A stretch of 64,000 nt of DNA from Leucobacter denitrificans (GCA_040393365.1 JBEBUJ010000001.1:33616-97615); one strand, 5' to 3'. Shown: positions 10,747 to 20,242, counted from the first letter of the stretch. Notes: a model not told the origin generated them from the sequence alone. Numbers and translations: made by a program.

Positions 10747-10788
10747 CCCCGCATCCGCCCTCAACTGGGTGGGTGCGGGGCTTCATTC
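10747..10788 (+). terminator. Probable intrinsic terminator
   Basis: CCCCGCATCCGCCC-loop-GGGTGGGTGCGGGG stem (with G-U pairs) followed by CTTCATTC. Confidence 0.65.
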
Positions 10789-11024
10789 TCGTTTGTCGAG
10801 CGTTTGCCTACGTTTGCGCATCTAGCCGATACGAGTGTCCGCCAATCGCCACAATCCGCGGAAGCTCCCCATCCTTTGCGGGAGTCTCGCGTTTCAAACG
10901 CGACCCTTTAAGAACTCAGTCCGCAAAGTGTCTATCGAGCACTACTATCGACAGTAAGTGACAACGCCTAGAACCTAATCACGACAACGAATTCAACGTC
11001 ACCCAACACCAGCCAGGAGCAGCC

Positions 11025-11915
11025 TTGACGTTTAACGACAACGTGCGCGTCGATACGAGCCACGTGCAGAAGCGAAGCGGCGGTGCTCGCCGAAGTGGTC
11101 TCGCGGTCGGTGGCGGCGGCATCGGGCTGCTTGTCATCCTGTTCATCGGCTCGCAGCTGCTCGGCGTCGACCTCACAGGCCTCGCATCTGTCTTCAGCAG
11201 CGCTGGTGGCGGATCGTCGAGCGAGGAAGTGGTGGCGCTTGACAACTGCCAGACCGGCCAAGACGCAAACGAGAACGCAGAATGCCGCATGGCCGCAGCG
11301 AGCGACTCGCTTAACCGCTACTGGGCGTCGCAAGTGAACAACTACCGTGCACCGGCACCCGTCGTGCTCTTTAGTGGATCAACGCAGTCTCAGTGCGGAA
11401 CCGCGTCTGCCGCGACCGGGCCGTTCTACTGCCCGCCCGAGGAGGCGATCTACGTCGATGTCTCGTTCTTTGAGACGCTGCGAAGCACCTACGGCGCAAC
11501 GGGCGGCTCTCTTTCCGAAATGTACGTGCTTGCTCACGAGTGGGGGCACCACGTCTCGAATCTCATCGGCTCACTCGATCAGGCCGGACGTGAATCGGGA
11601 GCTTCCTCTGGTTCTGTGCGGCTCGAACTGCAGGCTGACTGCTTCGCGGGGGCCTGGGTGGGAGCCGCGCAAACAATCACCGACGACAGCGGTGTGCCGT
11701 TCCTGCAGCCGATTACGCAGACTCAGATAAACGATGCCCTGAGCGCTGCCGCAGCCGTCGGTGACGACAACATCATGGAGAATGCGGGAATGCAAGTGGA
11801 TCCTGACCGATTCACCCACGGAACTTCAGAGCAGCGGCAGAAGTGGTTCATGACCGGGTACGAGCAGGGGCCGACGATGTGTGGCACGTTCGATGTGGCC
11901 GCGAGCGACCTCTAG
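11025..11915 (+). CDS. Neutral zinc metallopeptidase (YpfJ/KPN_02809 family)
   Basis: GPFYCP, AHEWGHH, ELQADCFAG, FTHGTSEQR. Confidence 0.92.
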   Translation: MTFNDNVRVDTSHVQKRSGGARRSGLAVGGGGIGLLVILFIGSQLLGVDLTGLASVFSSAGGGSSSEEVVALDNCQTGQDANENAECRMAAASDSLNRYWASQVNNYRAPAPVVLFSGSTQSQCGTASAATGPFYCPPEEAIYVDVSFFETLRSTYGATGGSLSEMYVLAHEWGHHVSNLIGSLDQAGRESGASSGSVRLELQADCFAGAWVGAAQTITDDSGVPFLQPITQTQINDALSAAAAVGDDNIMENAGMQVDPDRFTHGTSEQRQKWFMTGYEQGPTMCGTFDVAASDL

Positions 11916-12736
11916 CGTCGCTTCTTCGACTTGCGTTTCGCGGCCTTTGCGCGTTCAGCCTTCTCGCGTGCCGCCGCGAGCTGGGCTCCCCGTGAATTGG
12001 GCTTGAGCGCCGGCTTCTTTTTCGCCTGGGGTTGCTGACCCTTCTGTTCGGGCGGGCGATTCCCGGAAACCTTGGATTCGTCGTTTCGTAGTCGCCGCGA
12101 CGAATTCGCGGTGCGACCCCGCATGATGCCGGCGAGCTGCTGGAGATCGGGAGAGTCCCGATCCACCCCCCACACCGCCCAGATTGTGCTGGCCGCAAGC
12201 GGTACTTCGCCGATGAGCTCGAGCAGCGCGTGATCGCGTTTGCTCGAGAGGTGCCGAGCGAGCGGCAGCGGGGCGAGCAAACCGCCAGCGCCCGTTGCTA
12301 CGAGTTCGAGTGCAGCTGACAGATGCTTGGGTTTCCACTCCGGATCCTCCCAAGGCTCTGCCGTGGGCCATTCGGGTGCGTGGCCCGGGTGGTCAATGAG
12401 CGTGATGAGCGCGAGGTCGTTCACGTGGATCTCTGCCTGCTCGGCAAGCTCATGTTCGCGTGGCAGCACGAGTGCAATCGATTCCTCGTACAGCAGAATC
12501 GAGTGGTGGGTGCGGATCCCCTGATCATCCATCTGCGTCGGACGCTTGCCGGGCGCATAACGGGCGAGCTGCATGTCGGCATCGGCGGCATCCCCGCCCC
12601 GAGCAAGGCCATAGGGTCGTTCGAACGGAATGAGTTCGAGCGCACGCTCTGGGACCGCGCGTTTCCAGCGCCCTGCCCACTTGTTCGGTGAAACCCCGCG
12701 GGTAAATGCAAGACGGATAGGAAGGGCCCCACTCAA
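11912..12736 (-). CDS. LysR substrate-binding-domain protein without HTH
   Basis: GVSPNKWAGRW N-terminus and MRGRTANSSR C-terminus typical of this actinobacterial family; basic tail. Confidence 0.75.
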   Translation of the reverse strand: MSGALPIRLAFTRGVSPNKWAGRWKRAVPERALELIPFERPYGLARGGDAADADMQLARYAPGKRPTQMDDQGIRTHHSILLYEESIALVLPREHELAEQAEIHVNDLALITLIDHPGHAPEWPTAEPWEDPEWKPKHLSAALELVATGAGGLLAPLPLARHLSSKRDHALLELIGEVPLAASTIWAVWGVDRDSPDLQQLAGIMRGRTANSSRRLRNDESKVSGNRPPEQKGQQPQAKKKPALKPNSRGAQLAAAREKAERAKAAKRKSKKRR

Positions 12737-13071
12737 AATGCGACCTCCGCATAGATGTCGTGCGTGAAGGGGAGCCGAGCAGAGGAGAGCGCGATTCGAT
12801 AGTCATCGGGCGAGGTGACGCGTCGAAGCGGTGTTCCCTCTTCGCGGTAGTGGGGCAGCGCCAGCCTCGCATGTCCCTGAGGCGGAAGCCCGCTTACGGG
12901 CACCACCCGCCACCAAGCGACTGCGTGTCCGTACAGCGCCAAGACCCGGCCGACAGCGCGCGGTGCTTCCGACCCAATCGCGATTCCGACATCACCATAG
13001 GTCATCACATGTCCGCGCGGAATGCGTTCGACGACTGCGAGTACAGCGTCAACGAACTCCTGATTTGGCAC
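12733..13071 (-). CDS. Alkyltransferase-like (MGMT-family, ATL) protein
   Basis: IPRGHVMTYGDV..PRAVG..AWWRVV; no catalytic PCHR cysteine. Confidence 0.88.
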   Translation of the reverse strand: MPNQEFVDAVLAVVERIPRGHVMTYGDVGIAIGSEAPRAVGRVLALYGHAVAWWRVVPVSGLPPQGHARLALPHYREEGTPLRRVTSPDDYRIALSSARLPFTHDIYAEVAF

Positions 13072-13105
13072 GCGTACAGCTTACGCGTTTAAAGCCTGCA
13101 ACACG

Positions 13106-13855
13106 TTAGCCGATTTCGGAGACCCCAAGCAGCATGCCGATCGTGTATGTCGCCGCTACGGCGATACCGCCAAACAGAAGCTGCCTCACTGAACCCCACA
13201 GCCAATTGTGCTTCGTGGTGATTGCAGCGAGACCGCCTGCGATGAGCAGGCCGACCCCTCCGAATGCGAGGCCGATCCAGAGATTGCCGATTCCGAACAC
13301 GAACGGGATGATCGGGATGAACGCACCTATAGCGAAAGATAGGAACGACGAGACCGCCGCAACGAGGGGCGACGGGCGTTCTTCGAGGTTGATTCCGAGC
13401 TCGTGCGTGATGTGTACGCGAACGGCGCGCTCGTCATTCTTGTGCACCTGCGCCGCAGCGAGATTTGCGACTTCTGTGCTCATGCCGACCCGCCGAAACA
13501 ATGCGGTCAGTTCGGCTTGTTCACCCTGTGGATTGCGCAGGTGCGCTTCCCGTTCAGTTCGCACCTCTGCATCGAGCTGCTCATTTGCGGTTCGCACCGA
13601 GGTGAACTCGCCGAGCGCCATCGAAATTGCGCCCGCGATGAGACCTGAGATGCCAGTGATGGCGACGATCGGGTTCGATGCGCCGGCGGCGGCGATGCCG
13701 GCAATGAGGCCAATGTTTGACACCAGCCCGTCCATCGTGCCGAATACGGTCGCGCGTAGCCATCCCGATGTCGTGTCGGAGTGACGGTGGTCGTATTCGT
13801 GCGGCCGTGCAATGTCGTGCGGCTCGTGAACGTCGTTCACTGGGTCCTCTTTCAT
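13106..13855 (-). CDS. VIT1/CCC1 family Fe/Mn transporter
   Basis: WLRATVFGTMDGLVSN, AGAISMALGEFTSV, HITHELG; start uncertain (13855 or 13840). Confidence 0.92.
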   Translation of the reverse strand: MKEDPVNDVHEPHDIARPHEYDHRHSDTTSGWLRATVFGTMDGLVSNIGLIAGIAAAGASNPIVAITGISGLIAGAISMALGEFTSVRTANEQLDAEVRTEREAHLRNPQGEQAELTALFRRVGMSTEVANLAAAQVHKNDERAVRVHITHELGINLEERPSPLVAAVSSFLSFAIGAFIPIIPFVFGIGNLWIGLAFGGVGLLIAGGLAAITTKHNWLWGSVRQLLFGGIAVAATYTIGMLLGVSEIG

Positions 13856-13969
13856 GAGCAAATGCGTGGGGAAACGCCGCGCAAGCTTCAACGCTAACAA
13901 CAGTGGGCAGAGAGGGAGTAGCCCGAGTTCGACCTCGATGCGGCGTTACTCGGAGTTCGACATAGCGAA

Positions 13970-14482
13970 CTACAAGATCGTGATGGAGGTCGCCTGCCAG
14001 CGGCCGCGCGTCTGCTCAAACCGGAGGGCGATGGCGCGGCAACGGCCCGACACGTGAACCAGCACGGTGGCCTCGACAACTCGCTCGGCGGGTGTCGAGG
14101 TGCGCACCAGGCGTACCGATGGAACATGCCTGCGCGAATCGCGATAGAGCGAACGGCGCTCAATGGTGAGCGCACGGTACTGTGCGAGTTCTTGTGCAAC
14201 GGTGTACGAGATCCACTTCCCAAGCTGGCCGACGTTTCTCGTACCCTCCACAGCCTCAAACGCGAATATTGCGATCTTGCCGATGATGGTGTGTGAAAGA
14301 GCATCTGGGTCGCCGCGGGAGTTGTCACTCTCCGGAGAGGCGCGAGGGTGTGGAGAGGCGCGAGGGTGTGGGGAATCGCGAGGGTGCTCATCACCAACCG
14401 CGCGCAGCACTGGTCGCGGGGGAGTCTGAACCTCGTGAAGCTCGACGGTACTCGTGGGGAGTCGGAGGGCTACGGCACTCAT
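13970..14482 (-). CDS. Rv3235 family protein
   Basis: FEAVEGTRNVGQL..VVEATVLV..RCRAIALRFEQTRGRWQAT. Confidence 0.85.
   Translation of the reverse strand: MSAVALRLPTSTVELHEVQTPPRPVLRAVGDEHPRDSPHPRASPHPRASPESDNSRGDPDALSHTIIGKIAIFAFEAVEGTRNVGQLGKWISYTVAQELAQYRALTIERRSLYRDSRRHVPSVRLVRTSTPAERVVEATVLVHVSGRCRAIALRFEQTRGRWQATSITIL
14334..14387. repeat. In-frame 18-bp tandem repeat x3 (HPRxSP) in the Rv3235-family gene
   Basis: GGAGAGGCGCGAGGGTGT twice plus a degenerate third copy. Confidence 0.85.
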
Positions 14483-14664
14483 CGCACTGCTTTCTGAATA
14501 GGTAATGGACGGTTCATCCCCTACGCAGAACCTTGGTGTGAGGCACAACGATACGTGCCTGCGCTTTGCCCTGGTCAAGGGTTCAATTTCAACGGGTACT
14601 TTTCAACCTGTGCACGGGGTGCTTCAACGCCCGTGCTATTCGAATGTTGCTTTAGGCTTGAGCC

Positions 14665-16173
14665 GTGGCAACTCTTCGCAATCTCGCAACCAAGTACTCG
14701 GAGCTCACTGAAGAAGAGCTCGCGTGGCTTGAACATCTCGCACTTGAACTCCCGCTGCTCGCAGACGTTGCACTCAGCGATGTGGTGGTTTGGGTGCCGA
14801 CGGAGAACGAGGACTATCTCGCGGTCGCGCACAGCCGCCCCACCGGCTACGTCACGCTGTTCTATCGAGACATTATTGGCGATTTTCTGCGCCCGGACTG
14901 GCGAGAGGTGGTGGATCAGGCACTCGAGACCGGCCAGCCAGCGGCATCAACGTCACCGGCCTGGTACGAAGAGAATCCGATGAGGCTCACCGCCTATTCG
15001 ATCAGTCGTCGTGACGCATCTGGTGCAGTGATCGGGCCGATCGCGGTGGCGACAGTGCACACGAGCGCGAACGACGTGCAGCACGCATCGCGCATAGCTG
15101 CGGCGTTCCGCGAGGTGTCAAATGATTTGCTCGGCATGATCCAGACTGGCGCGTTTCCCACCCCGGGTGGCGCCGGCGGCCAGCAGGGTGCGCCGAGGGC
15201 GACCGACGGTCTCGTGCGAGTGAATCTTGAGGGCACAGCAACATTCGTGAGCCCGAATACGCAAACCACGTTTACGCTGCTCGGGTACCGCGACGAGATC
15301 GAAGACCAAAACTTCTCTGAGGTTGTCCAGGAAATTCTGAAGGGCCAGTTCGACACCAACGAGTCGTTGCCACTCATCTGCCAGGGCAAGGTCGCAAAGC
15401 GCACTGAGGTGTTTGTTCGTGGCCATTCAATTGCGCTCCGATCGATCCCGGTATACCGAAATGGGGAGCGGGTTGGAGGCATCGTGCTCACGCGCGATGT
15501 GAGCGATCTTCGCCAGCAGGCGCAAGAGCTCATCACGAAGGATGCGACGATCCGTGAGATCCACCACCGCGTGAAAAACAACCTGCAAACGGTGGCCTCG
15601 CTGCTGCGGGTGCAGGCTCGCCGCGCGCGCTCCGAAGAGGCGAAGCAGGTGCTCGGGCAAGCAATGCGTCGCGTCGCCGCTATCGCAGTTGTGCACGACA
15701 CCCTGTCGACCGGCCTCGCTCAAATCGTAGACTTTGATGTCGTCTTTGAGCGTGTGCTCGGACTTGCCGCCGAAGTGGCTTCGCTGCACGGCACAACCGT
15801 GCACCCTCGGAAGGAAGGAAGCTTTGGCGAACTTCCTTCTGAGTACGCGACACCGCTCGCGCTCGCGCTCACCGAGGTGGTGACAAATGCGGTCGAACAC
15901 GGGCTTGCGGGTCGTGAGGGCGAGGTGTTCATTCGGGCGGATCGCACACCCGAGCGGCTCGGCGTCGAAGTGATCGACACCGGTACCGGCCTCCCCGGAG
16001 GAACGGTCGGTGATGGCCTCGGCACTCAGATCGTGCGCACACTCATTGAAGGCGAGCTCGGTGGATCAATTTCATGGGGCGCTGACTCTGGCGGAGGCAC
16101 TCGAGTAGTGATCGAGATCCCGCTGCACTGGCTTGCGGCTGAAACACGCCCCATTCCGAGAATCATGCAGTAA
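14665..16173 (+). CDS. pdtaS: Cytoplasmic sensor histidine kinase PdtaS
   Basis: N-terminal LLADVALSD domain, PAS region, EIHHRVKNNLQ H-box (HisKA_2), HATPase. Confidence 0.9.
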   Translation: MATLRNLATKYSELTEEELAWLEHLALELPLLADVALSDVVVWVPTENEDYLAVAHSRPTGYVTLFYRDIIGDFLRPDWREVVDQALETGQPAASTSPAWYEENPMRLTAYSISRRDASGAVIGPIAVATVHTSANDVQHASRIAAAFREVSNDLLGMIQTGAFPTPGGAGGQQGAPRATDGLVRVNLEGTATFVSPNTQTTFTLLGYRDEIEDQNFSEVVQEILKGQFDTNESLPLICQGKVAKRTEVFVRGHSIALRSIPVYRNGERVGGIVLTRDVSDLRQQAQELITKDATIREIHHRVKNNLQTVASLLRVQARRARSEEAKQVLGQAMRRVAAIAVVHDTLSTGLAQIVDFDVVFERVLGLAAEVASLHGTTVHPRKEGSFGELPSEYATPLALALTEVVTNAVEHGLAGREGEVFIRADRTPERLGVEVIDTGTGLPGGTVGDGLGTQIVRTLIEGELGGSISWGADSGGGTRVVIEIPLHWLAAETRPIPRIMQ

Positions 16174-16179
16174 GTCGCG

Positions 16180-16554
16180 CTAGCGGTTCTGCCGCGTATT
16201 TCGCAGAAGCACCGCGATACCTACGACGAGTAGCAGAGCGCCTAATCCAATGATGGTCGTGATGAGCCAGGTTGTGGTGTCGACAGACCAACCCTCAGTG
16301 CGCACGAACACATAGGCGCAGAACACCAGGATGAGCGAACCCCACACAATGGGACTCGTGCGCGGCGTCGGCTTCGTGGGCGGCATCGAGGTCGGCTTCT
16401 GAGCGGCAGCAGCCGGTGCGGCTGTCGACGCCTGTTGTTCGGAGATTGGTGTCGTGGGAGCAGCGCTTGGGGGCTCGGGTGCGGGTGGTGCGGGGGGAGT
16501 CGGCGCTGCACTGTTCTGCTCCGGTTCTGGCGGGGTGAGTGGCTGCGTGTTCAT
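16180..16554 (-). CDS. Small Pro-rich membrane protein of the Psp module
   Basis: Two C-terminal TM helices; 4-bp overlap with the PspC gene. Confidence 0.75.
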   Translation of the reverse strand: MNTQPLTPPEPEQNSAAPTPPAPPAPEPPSAAPTTPISEQQASTAAPAAAAQKPTSMPPTKPTPRTSPIVWGSLILVFCAYVFVRTEGWSVDTTTWLITTIIGLGALLLVVGIAVLLRNTRQNR

Positions 16555-17987
16555 CGTGCGTGCTCCTCTGCAGTGAGACTTTCAGAAACTCGAACATTTC
16601 CGCCGAGCATGTAAACGGTCACGTGGGATGACGCTGACTTTCCATCCGTGAGATCGAACGTGCGAGTCAGGAACGGGCCCGCGCTATACCCCGAGCTGCC
16701 AGAAAGAGATGGCCCAGAGATATTACCTGCCAAGAGGTTCACGGTAACGATCACCGGTTCATCGTCAGGCACGGTCACGACCGAGTTGCCGGCGAGATGC
16801 CACACCTCGACGTCATCAAAGCTTGATCGGTCTGAGAACTCATCGACATGTACCCGAGACGATCCAGCGATGAGTACGGCGCCCGGCGCTTCATTTCCCA
16901 CTTCCATGATTCCGAAGGGCTGGAACCTCGACCCCCACGGCACGATAGTGGTTGCGACGAGGGCGATGACTCCGCAAAACGCGAGGAAGCCGACCCAGCC
17001 AGTGTGACGCCCGCGGATGCCCGCGACAATGAGTGACAACGCGAACACGACGGTCGCCCCGAGCGTGGCGGCAATGACGACATTCAGGTCGCCTCGATCG
17101 GCGCCGAAGATCCCATTATTCAGTGTCCAGAGTGCCGCCCCGCCTGCTGCGAGCAACGCAAACGCGAGGGTGATGACGACGTGCGCGGCTCCTAAGCGGT
17201 AGGCGTCGTGTTGCTCGGCAAAACGTGCACTCCACTCATCGGTCTGCTTCCCGATGTCCTCGCCCCATTTGCTTGCCCGCTCACTGAACTCGCTCGCACT
17301 CGCAGAGATCCGCTCACCCAGGTCATTTGCTTGTTCACTGAACTTCTGACCGAAGTCGTTGAAGCGATCTTCGGTAGCGGTAGGTTGCTCGGGGACGGGT
17401 TGCCCGGTGCTGGCGTATTGATCGGTGCTGGCGTATTGGTGAGTGCTGACGCGTGGCTCGGATGTGGCCCCACGTTCCTCGTTACGCACGCTGCGCCCGT
17501 GCTTCAGAAACAACTGTCCCGCGAGAATGATGGCCGCAGTCACGGCCACGATCCACACGAGCACAATTGTGAGCGTCGACAACCACTCGGGGATACCGAG
17601 CACGTTCCACAGGCTCCAGCCGCCAAGCGTTGTATTGAACAGGAAGGGGAGGATGATGACTGCTCCGACCGCGACAGTTACGACGACCGCCGCGGTCCCG
17701 CCTCGCCCCCGAAAGACCTCCTCCAGGTGAATGCGCCCATTGCTGCCGGGCAGCAGTAGCCATCCGGCGAGGTAGAGGAGAATTCCCGGCCCGCCGAGCA
17801 GGGCGAGGACCACGAATATGCCGCGCACGATGAGTGGATCGATGCCGGCGCGCTGCGCGATCCCGCCTGCCACGCCGGCGAACCAGCGGTCCGAGCCGCG
17901 CTCGATTCGGAGGCCACGAAGCCAGTTGAAGAAGCCCGAGCCAAAGGGCGCCTGCTGGGCGCCTGAGGATAGAGTGTGTTCGTTCAT
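16551..17987 (-). CDS. PspC-domain membrane protein
   Basis: RWFAGVAGGIAQRAGIDPLIVRGIFVVL..LYLAGWLLLP PspC motif; several TM helices. Confidence 0.88.
   Translation of the reverse strand: MNEHTLSSGAQQAPFGSGFFNWLRGLRIERGSDRWFAGVAGGIAQRAGIDPLIVRGIFVVLALLGGPGILLYLAGWLLLPGSNGRIHLEEVFRGRGGTAAVVVTVAVGAVIILPFLFNTTLGGWSLWNVLGIPEWLSTLTIVLVWIVAVTAAIILAGQLFLKHGRSVRNEERGATSEPRVSTHQYASTDQYASTGQPVPEQPTATEDRFNDFGQKFSEQANDLGERISASASEFSERASKWGEDIGKQTDEWSARFAEQHDAYRLGAAHVVITLAFALLAAGGAALWTLNNGIFGADRGDLNVVIAATLGATVVFALSLIVAGIRGRHTGWVGFLAFCGVIALVATTIVPWGSRFQPFGIMEVGNEAPGAVLIAGSSRVHVDEFSDRSSFDDVEVWHLAGNSVVTVPDDEPVIVTVNLLAGNISGPSLSGSSGYSAGPFLTRTFDLTDGKSASSHVTVYMLGGNVRVSESLTAEEHAR
17405..17448. repeat. In-frame 18-bp tandem repeat (STxQYA) in the PspC gene
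   Basis: CGGTGCTGGCGTATTG(A/G)T twice plus a partial copy. Confidence 0.8.
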
Positions 17988-18022
17988 ACTTCGAGTCTGC
18001 TGGGAATGTGGTCCGCTCACCA

Positions 18023-18038
18023 TCAGGGATCACCCTGA
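18023..18038. promoter_or_regulatory. Inverted-repeat operator for a NarL/LuxR-type response regulator
   Basis: TCAGGG-atca-CCCTGA between the divergent pspC and kinase genes; further CCCTG half-sites nearby. Confidence 0.6.
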
Positions 18039-18100
18039 GCCCACCCTGGTTTGGCTCCCTGAGGCGTGTGAATGTCGGGGCCTAATGCTTTGATAGAAGC

Positions 18101-19513
18101 ATGACCACTCCGGCGCCTGACAGACTGCCGCTCGCGCGCGCGAGCGACGAGCGCATGCTGGCAGGGGTGTGCGGTGGTCTCGCTGCCCACCTCGGCGTTC
18201 CGGTGCTCAGCGTGCGCATCGCGATGCTGATATTTGCGTTGCTCGGTGGCGCAGGTGGGTTTTTCTATGTCTGGCTGTGGATCACGGTGCCTCCAGAAGG
18301 TGGGGCAAACGGGATCGTTCCGTTGCGACGCGCACTCACGAAGCCTGCCACGCAGGAAGCGAAGCCCACGGGCCTCACACCGGTATCTCAGGCGCGCCAC
18401 GTGACCCAGGTATCTGCAACGGCGACCGCGCCAGTTGCGCGTGCGGCCCCGACGCTATCAGAGCCAAGTGATGAGTCTCGTACCGCTCCAGCTTCGCCCC
18501 CCTCGGACACCGAGCCGCCCACTGAAACGCCGCATCGGCGTACGAACTGGCCGGTTGCTGAGCTGTTGCTCGGTACCTGTTTGTTGCTCGTTGGGGTGCT
18601 GCTCGTGTTGCAGCAGCTCGGAGTCGAACTGCAGCTCACGGTGATCTTGCCAGGGATCGCTGTGCTCGTCGGGGTCGGTCTCACCTGGTGGCAGATCGCA
18701 GATCGCGAACGCCCCGATCGAAACCAGCTCCCTCGAGTCCTCGCCGCACTCGCGCTCGTCGCTGTCGGCGTGCTCATGTTCTTTGTTACTTCAGATGCTC
18801 CGAGCACGTGGACCGTGATCACCGCAGCACTCGCCGTACTCGCCGGTGTCGCGCTCGCGATTGCCCCCTGGTTGCTGCGGCTGAATCGCGAGCTCATCGC
18901 TGAACGAGCCGGCCACGCACGCGAGGCCGAGCGCTCAGAAATCGCCGCGCACCTGCACGACTCAGTGCTGCAGACGCTCGCACTCATTCAGCAGCGGTCA
19001 GAACCGGGCAGCGAGGTCGCGCGCCTTGCGAGAGGTCAAGAGCGGGAGCTTCGCGAATGGCTGTTTCGGTCGGGCGACGGGGGTGTCCAGACACACCGAG
19101 AATCACTTGCGTCGGAACTGCGGGCACACGCAGCCGCGCTTGAGAACGACCACGCAGTGCGCTTTGAAACCGTGAGCGTCGGCGAAGAGATCGTTGCGCC
19201 CGAACCCATAGTCGCCGCGGCGAAGGAAGCCATGCTCAACGCAGCTCGCCACGCGGGTGGTTCCGTAACGGTCTATGCAGAGGTCTCGCCAGGTCGCGTG
19301 GCGATTGATGTGACCGACCGGGGGCCGGGACTTGACCCGAACGCGCTTCCCGATGGGCGCATGGGAGTGCGCGAATCGATACTCGGGCGCATGTCGCGAG
19401 CGGGCGGCTCAGCAAACATCGTCGCAGGCCCCGGTGGCACAGGAACATCTATCCGGCTTGAGATGCCGCGAGAGCAAGTCTCAGTGCCAGAATCTTCAGG
19501 AGGCGCAGCATGA
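18101..19513 (+). CDS. PspC-domain sensor histidine kinase
   Basis: N-terminal PspC motif, four TMs, IAAHLHDSVLQTL H-box, HATPase. Confidence 0.92.
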   Translation: MTTPAPDRLPLARASDERMLAGVCGGLAAHLGVPVLSVRIAMLIFALLGGAGGFFYVWLWITVPPEGGANGIVPLRRALTKPATQEAKPTGLTPVSQARHVTQVSATATAPVARAAPTLSEPSDESRTAPASPPSDTEPPTETPHRRTNWPVAELLLGTCLLLVGVLLVLQQLGVELQLTVILPGIAVLVGVGLTWWQIADRERPDRNQLPRVLAALALVAVGVLMFFVTSDAPSTWTVITAALAVLAGVALAIAPWLLRLNRELIAERAGHAREAERSEIAAHLHDSVLQTLALIQQRSEPGSEVARLARGQERELREWLFRSGDGGVQTHRESLASELRAHAAALENDHAVRFETVSVGEEIVAPEPIVAAAKEAMLNAARHAGGSVTVYAEVSPGRVAIDVTDRGPGLDPNALPDGRMGVRESILGRMSRAGGSANIVAGPGGTGTSIRLEMPREQVSVPESSGGAA

Positions 19514-20175
19514 GCGATACCCCGATTACCGTCGTAATTGTCGACGATCACCAGATCTTTCGCACGGGCTTGCGAGCCGAACTCGGCCCCGAGGTCGACG
19601 TCGTGGGTGAGGCAGCGACGGTAGACGAGGCTGTCTCCATTATTCCCACTCTGGAACCCGCGGTGGTGCTGCTCGATGTGCATCTCCCAGGTGGATCGGG
19701 CGGTGGCGGTGCTGAAGTGCTCCAGCGATTGGCTGCTGACTCACGCCTTTCTGACACTCGATTCCTTGCGCTCAGCGTGTCAGACGCTGCAGACGATGTC
19801 GTGAGTGTGATTCGCGCCGGCGCGCGCGGTTACCTGACCAAGACCGCGTCGGGTGCGGAGGTCACCCAGGCCGCGATCCGTGTGCGCGATGGCGATGCGG
19901 TGTTCTCGCCGCGACTGGCAGGGTTTGTGCTCGACGCATTCGGCACGGGAGGGGGCGAGACCGCCTCAGCAGACGACGAGCTTGACCGGTTGACCGCGAG
20001 GGAGCAGGAGGTCATGCGCATGATCGCGCGCGGCTACGCGTACAAAGAAGTCGCGGCCGAACTCTTTCTCTCGATCAAAACAGTGGAGACACACGTGTCG
20101 AGTGTGCTGCGCAAACTTCAGCTGTCAAACCGCCACGAGCTCACGGCATGGGCCCTGAGTAAGCGACTGCTCTGA
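19510..20175 (+). CDS. NarL/LuxR-family response regulator
   Basis: Receiver (VDDH, LLDVHLP, GYLTK) plus LTAREQEV..TVETHVS HTH. Confidence 0.95.
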   Translation: MSDTPITVVIVDDHQIFRTGLRAELGPEVDVVGEAATVDEAVSIIPTLEPAVVLLDVHLPGGSGGGGAEVLQRLAADSRLSDTRFLALSVSDAADDVVSVIRAGARGYLTKTASGAEVTQAAIRVRDGDAVFSPRLAGFVLDAFGTGGGETASADDELDRLTAREQEVMRMIARGYAYKEVAAELFLSIKTVETHVSSVLRKLQLSNRHELTAWALSKRLL

Positions 20176-20186
20176 TCAGTCTCGCG

Positions 20187-20242
20187 CTGAACAGTCCCGC
20201 ACTGTTCAGTTCTATATCTGTTCAGTTCTATATCTGTTCAGT
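20187..20242. repeat. Hairpin plus 16-bp tandem repeat x2.5 between convergent genes
   Basis: CTGAACAGT/ACTGTTCAG stem; CTGTTCAGTTCTATAT at 20202 and 20218, partial copy at 20234. Confidence 0.85.

Noticed and set aside
10790-11024. Possible sRNA or leader peptide upstream of the metallopeptidase (CTATCGA twice, C/A-rich tract)
   Set aside because: No convincing stem, ORF or known motif
20202-20242. CRISPR-like repeat
   Set aside because: Units are contiguous 16-mers without spacers, and no cas genes are present
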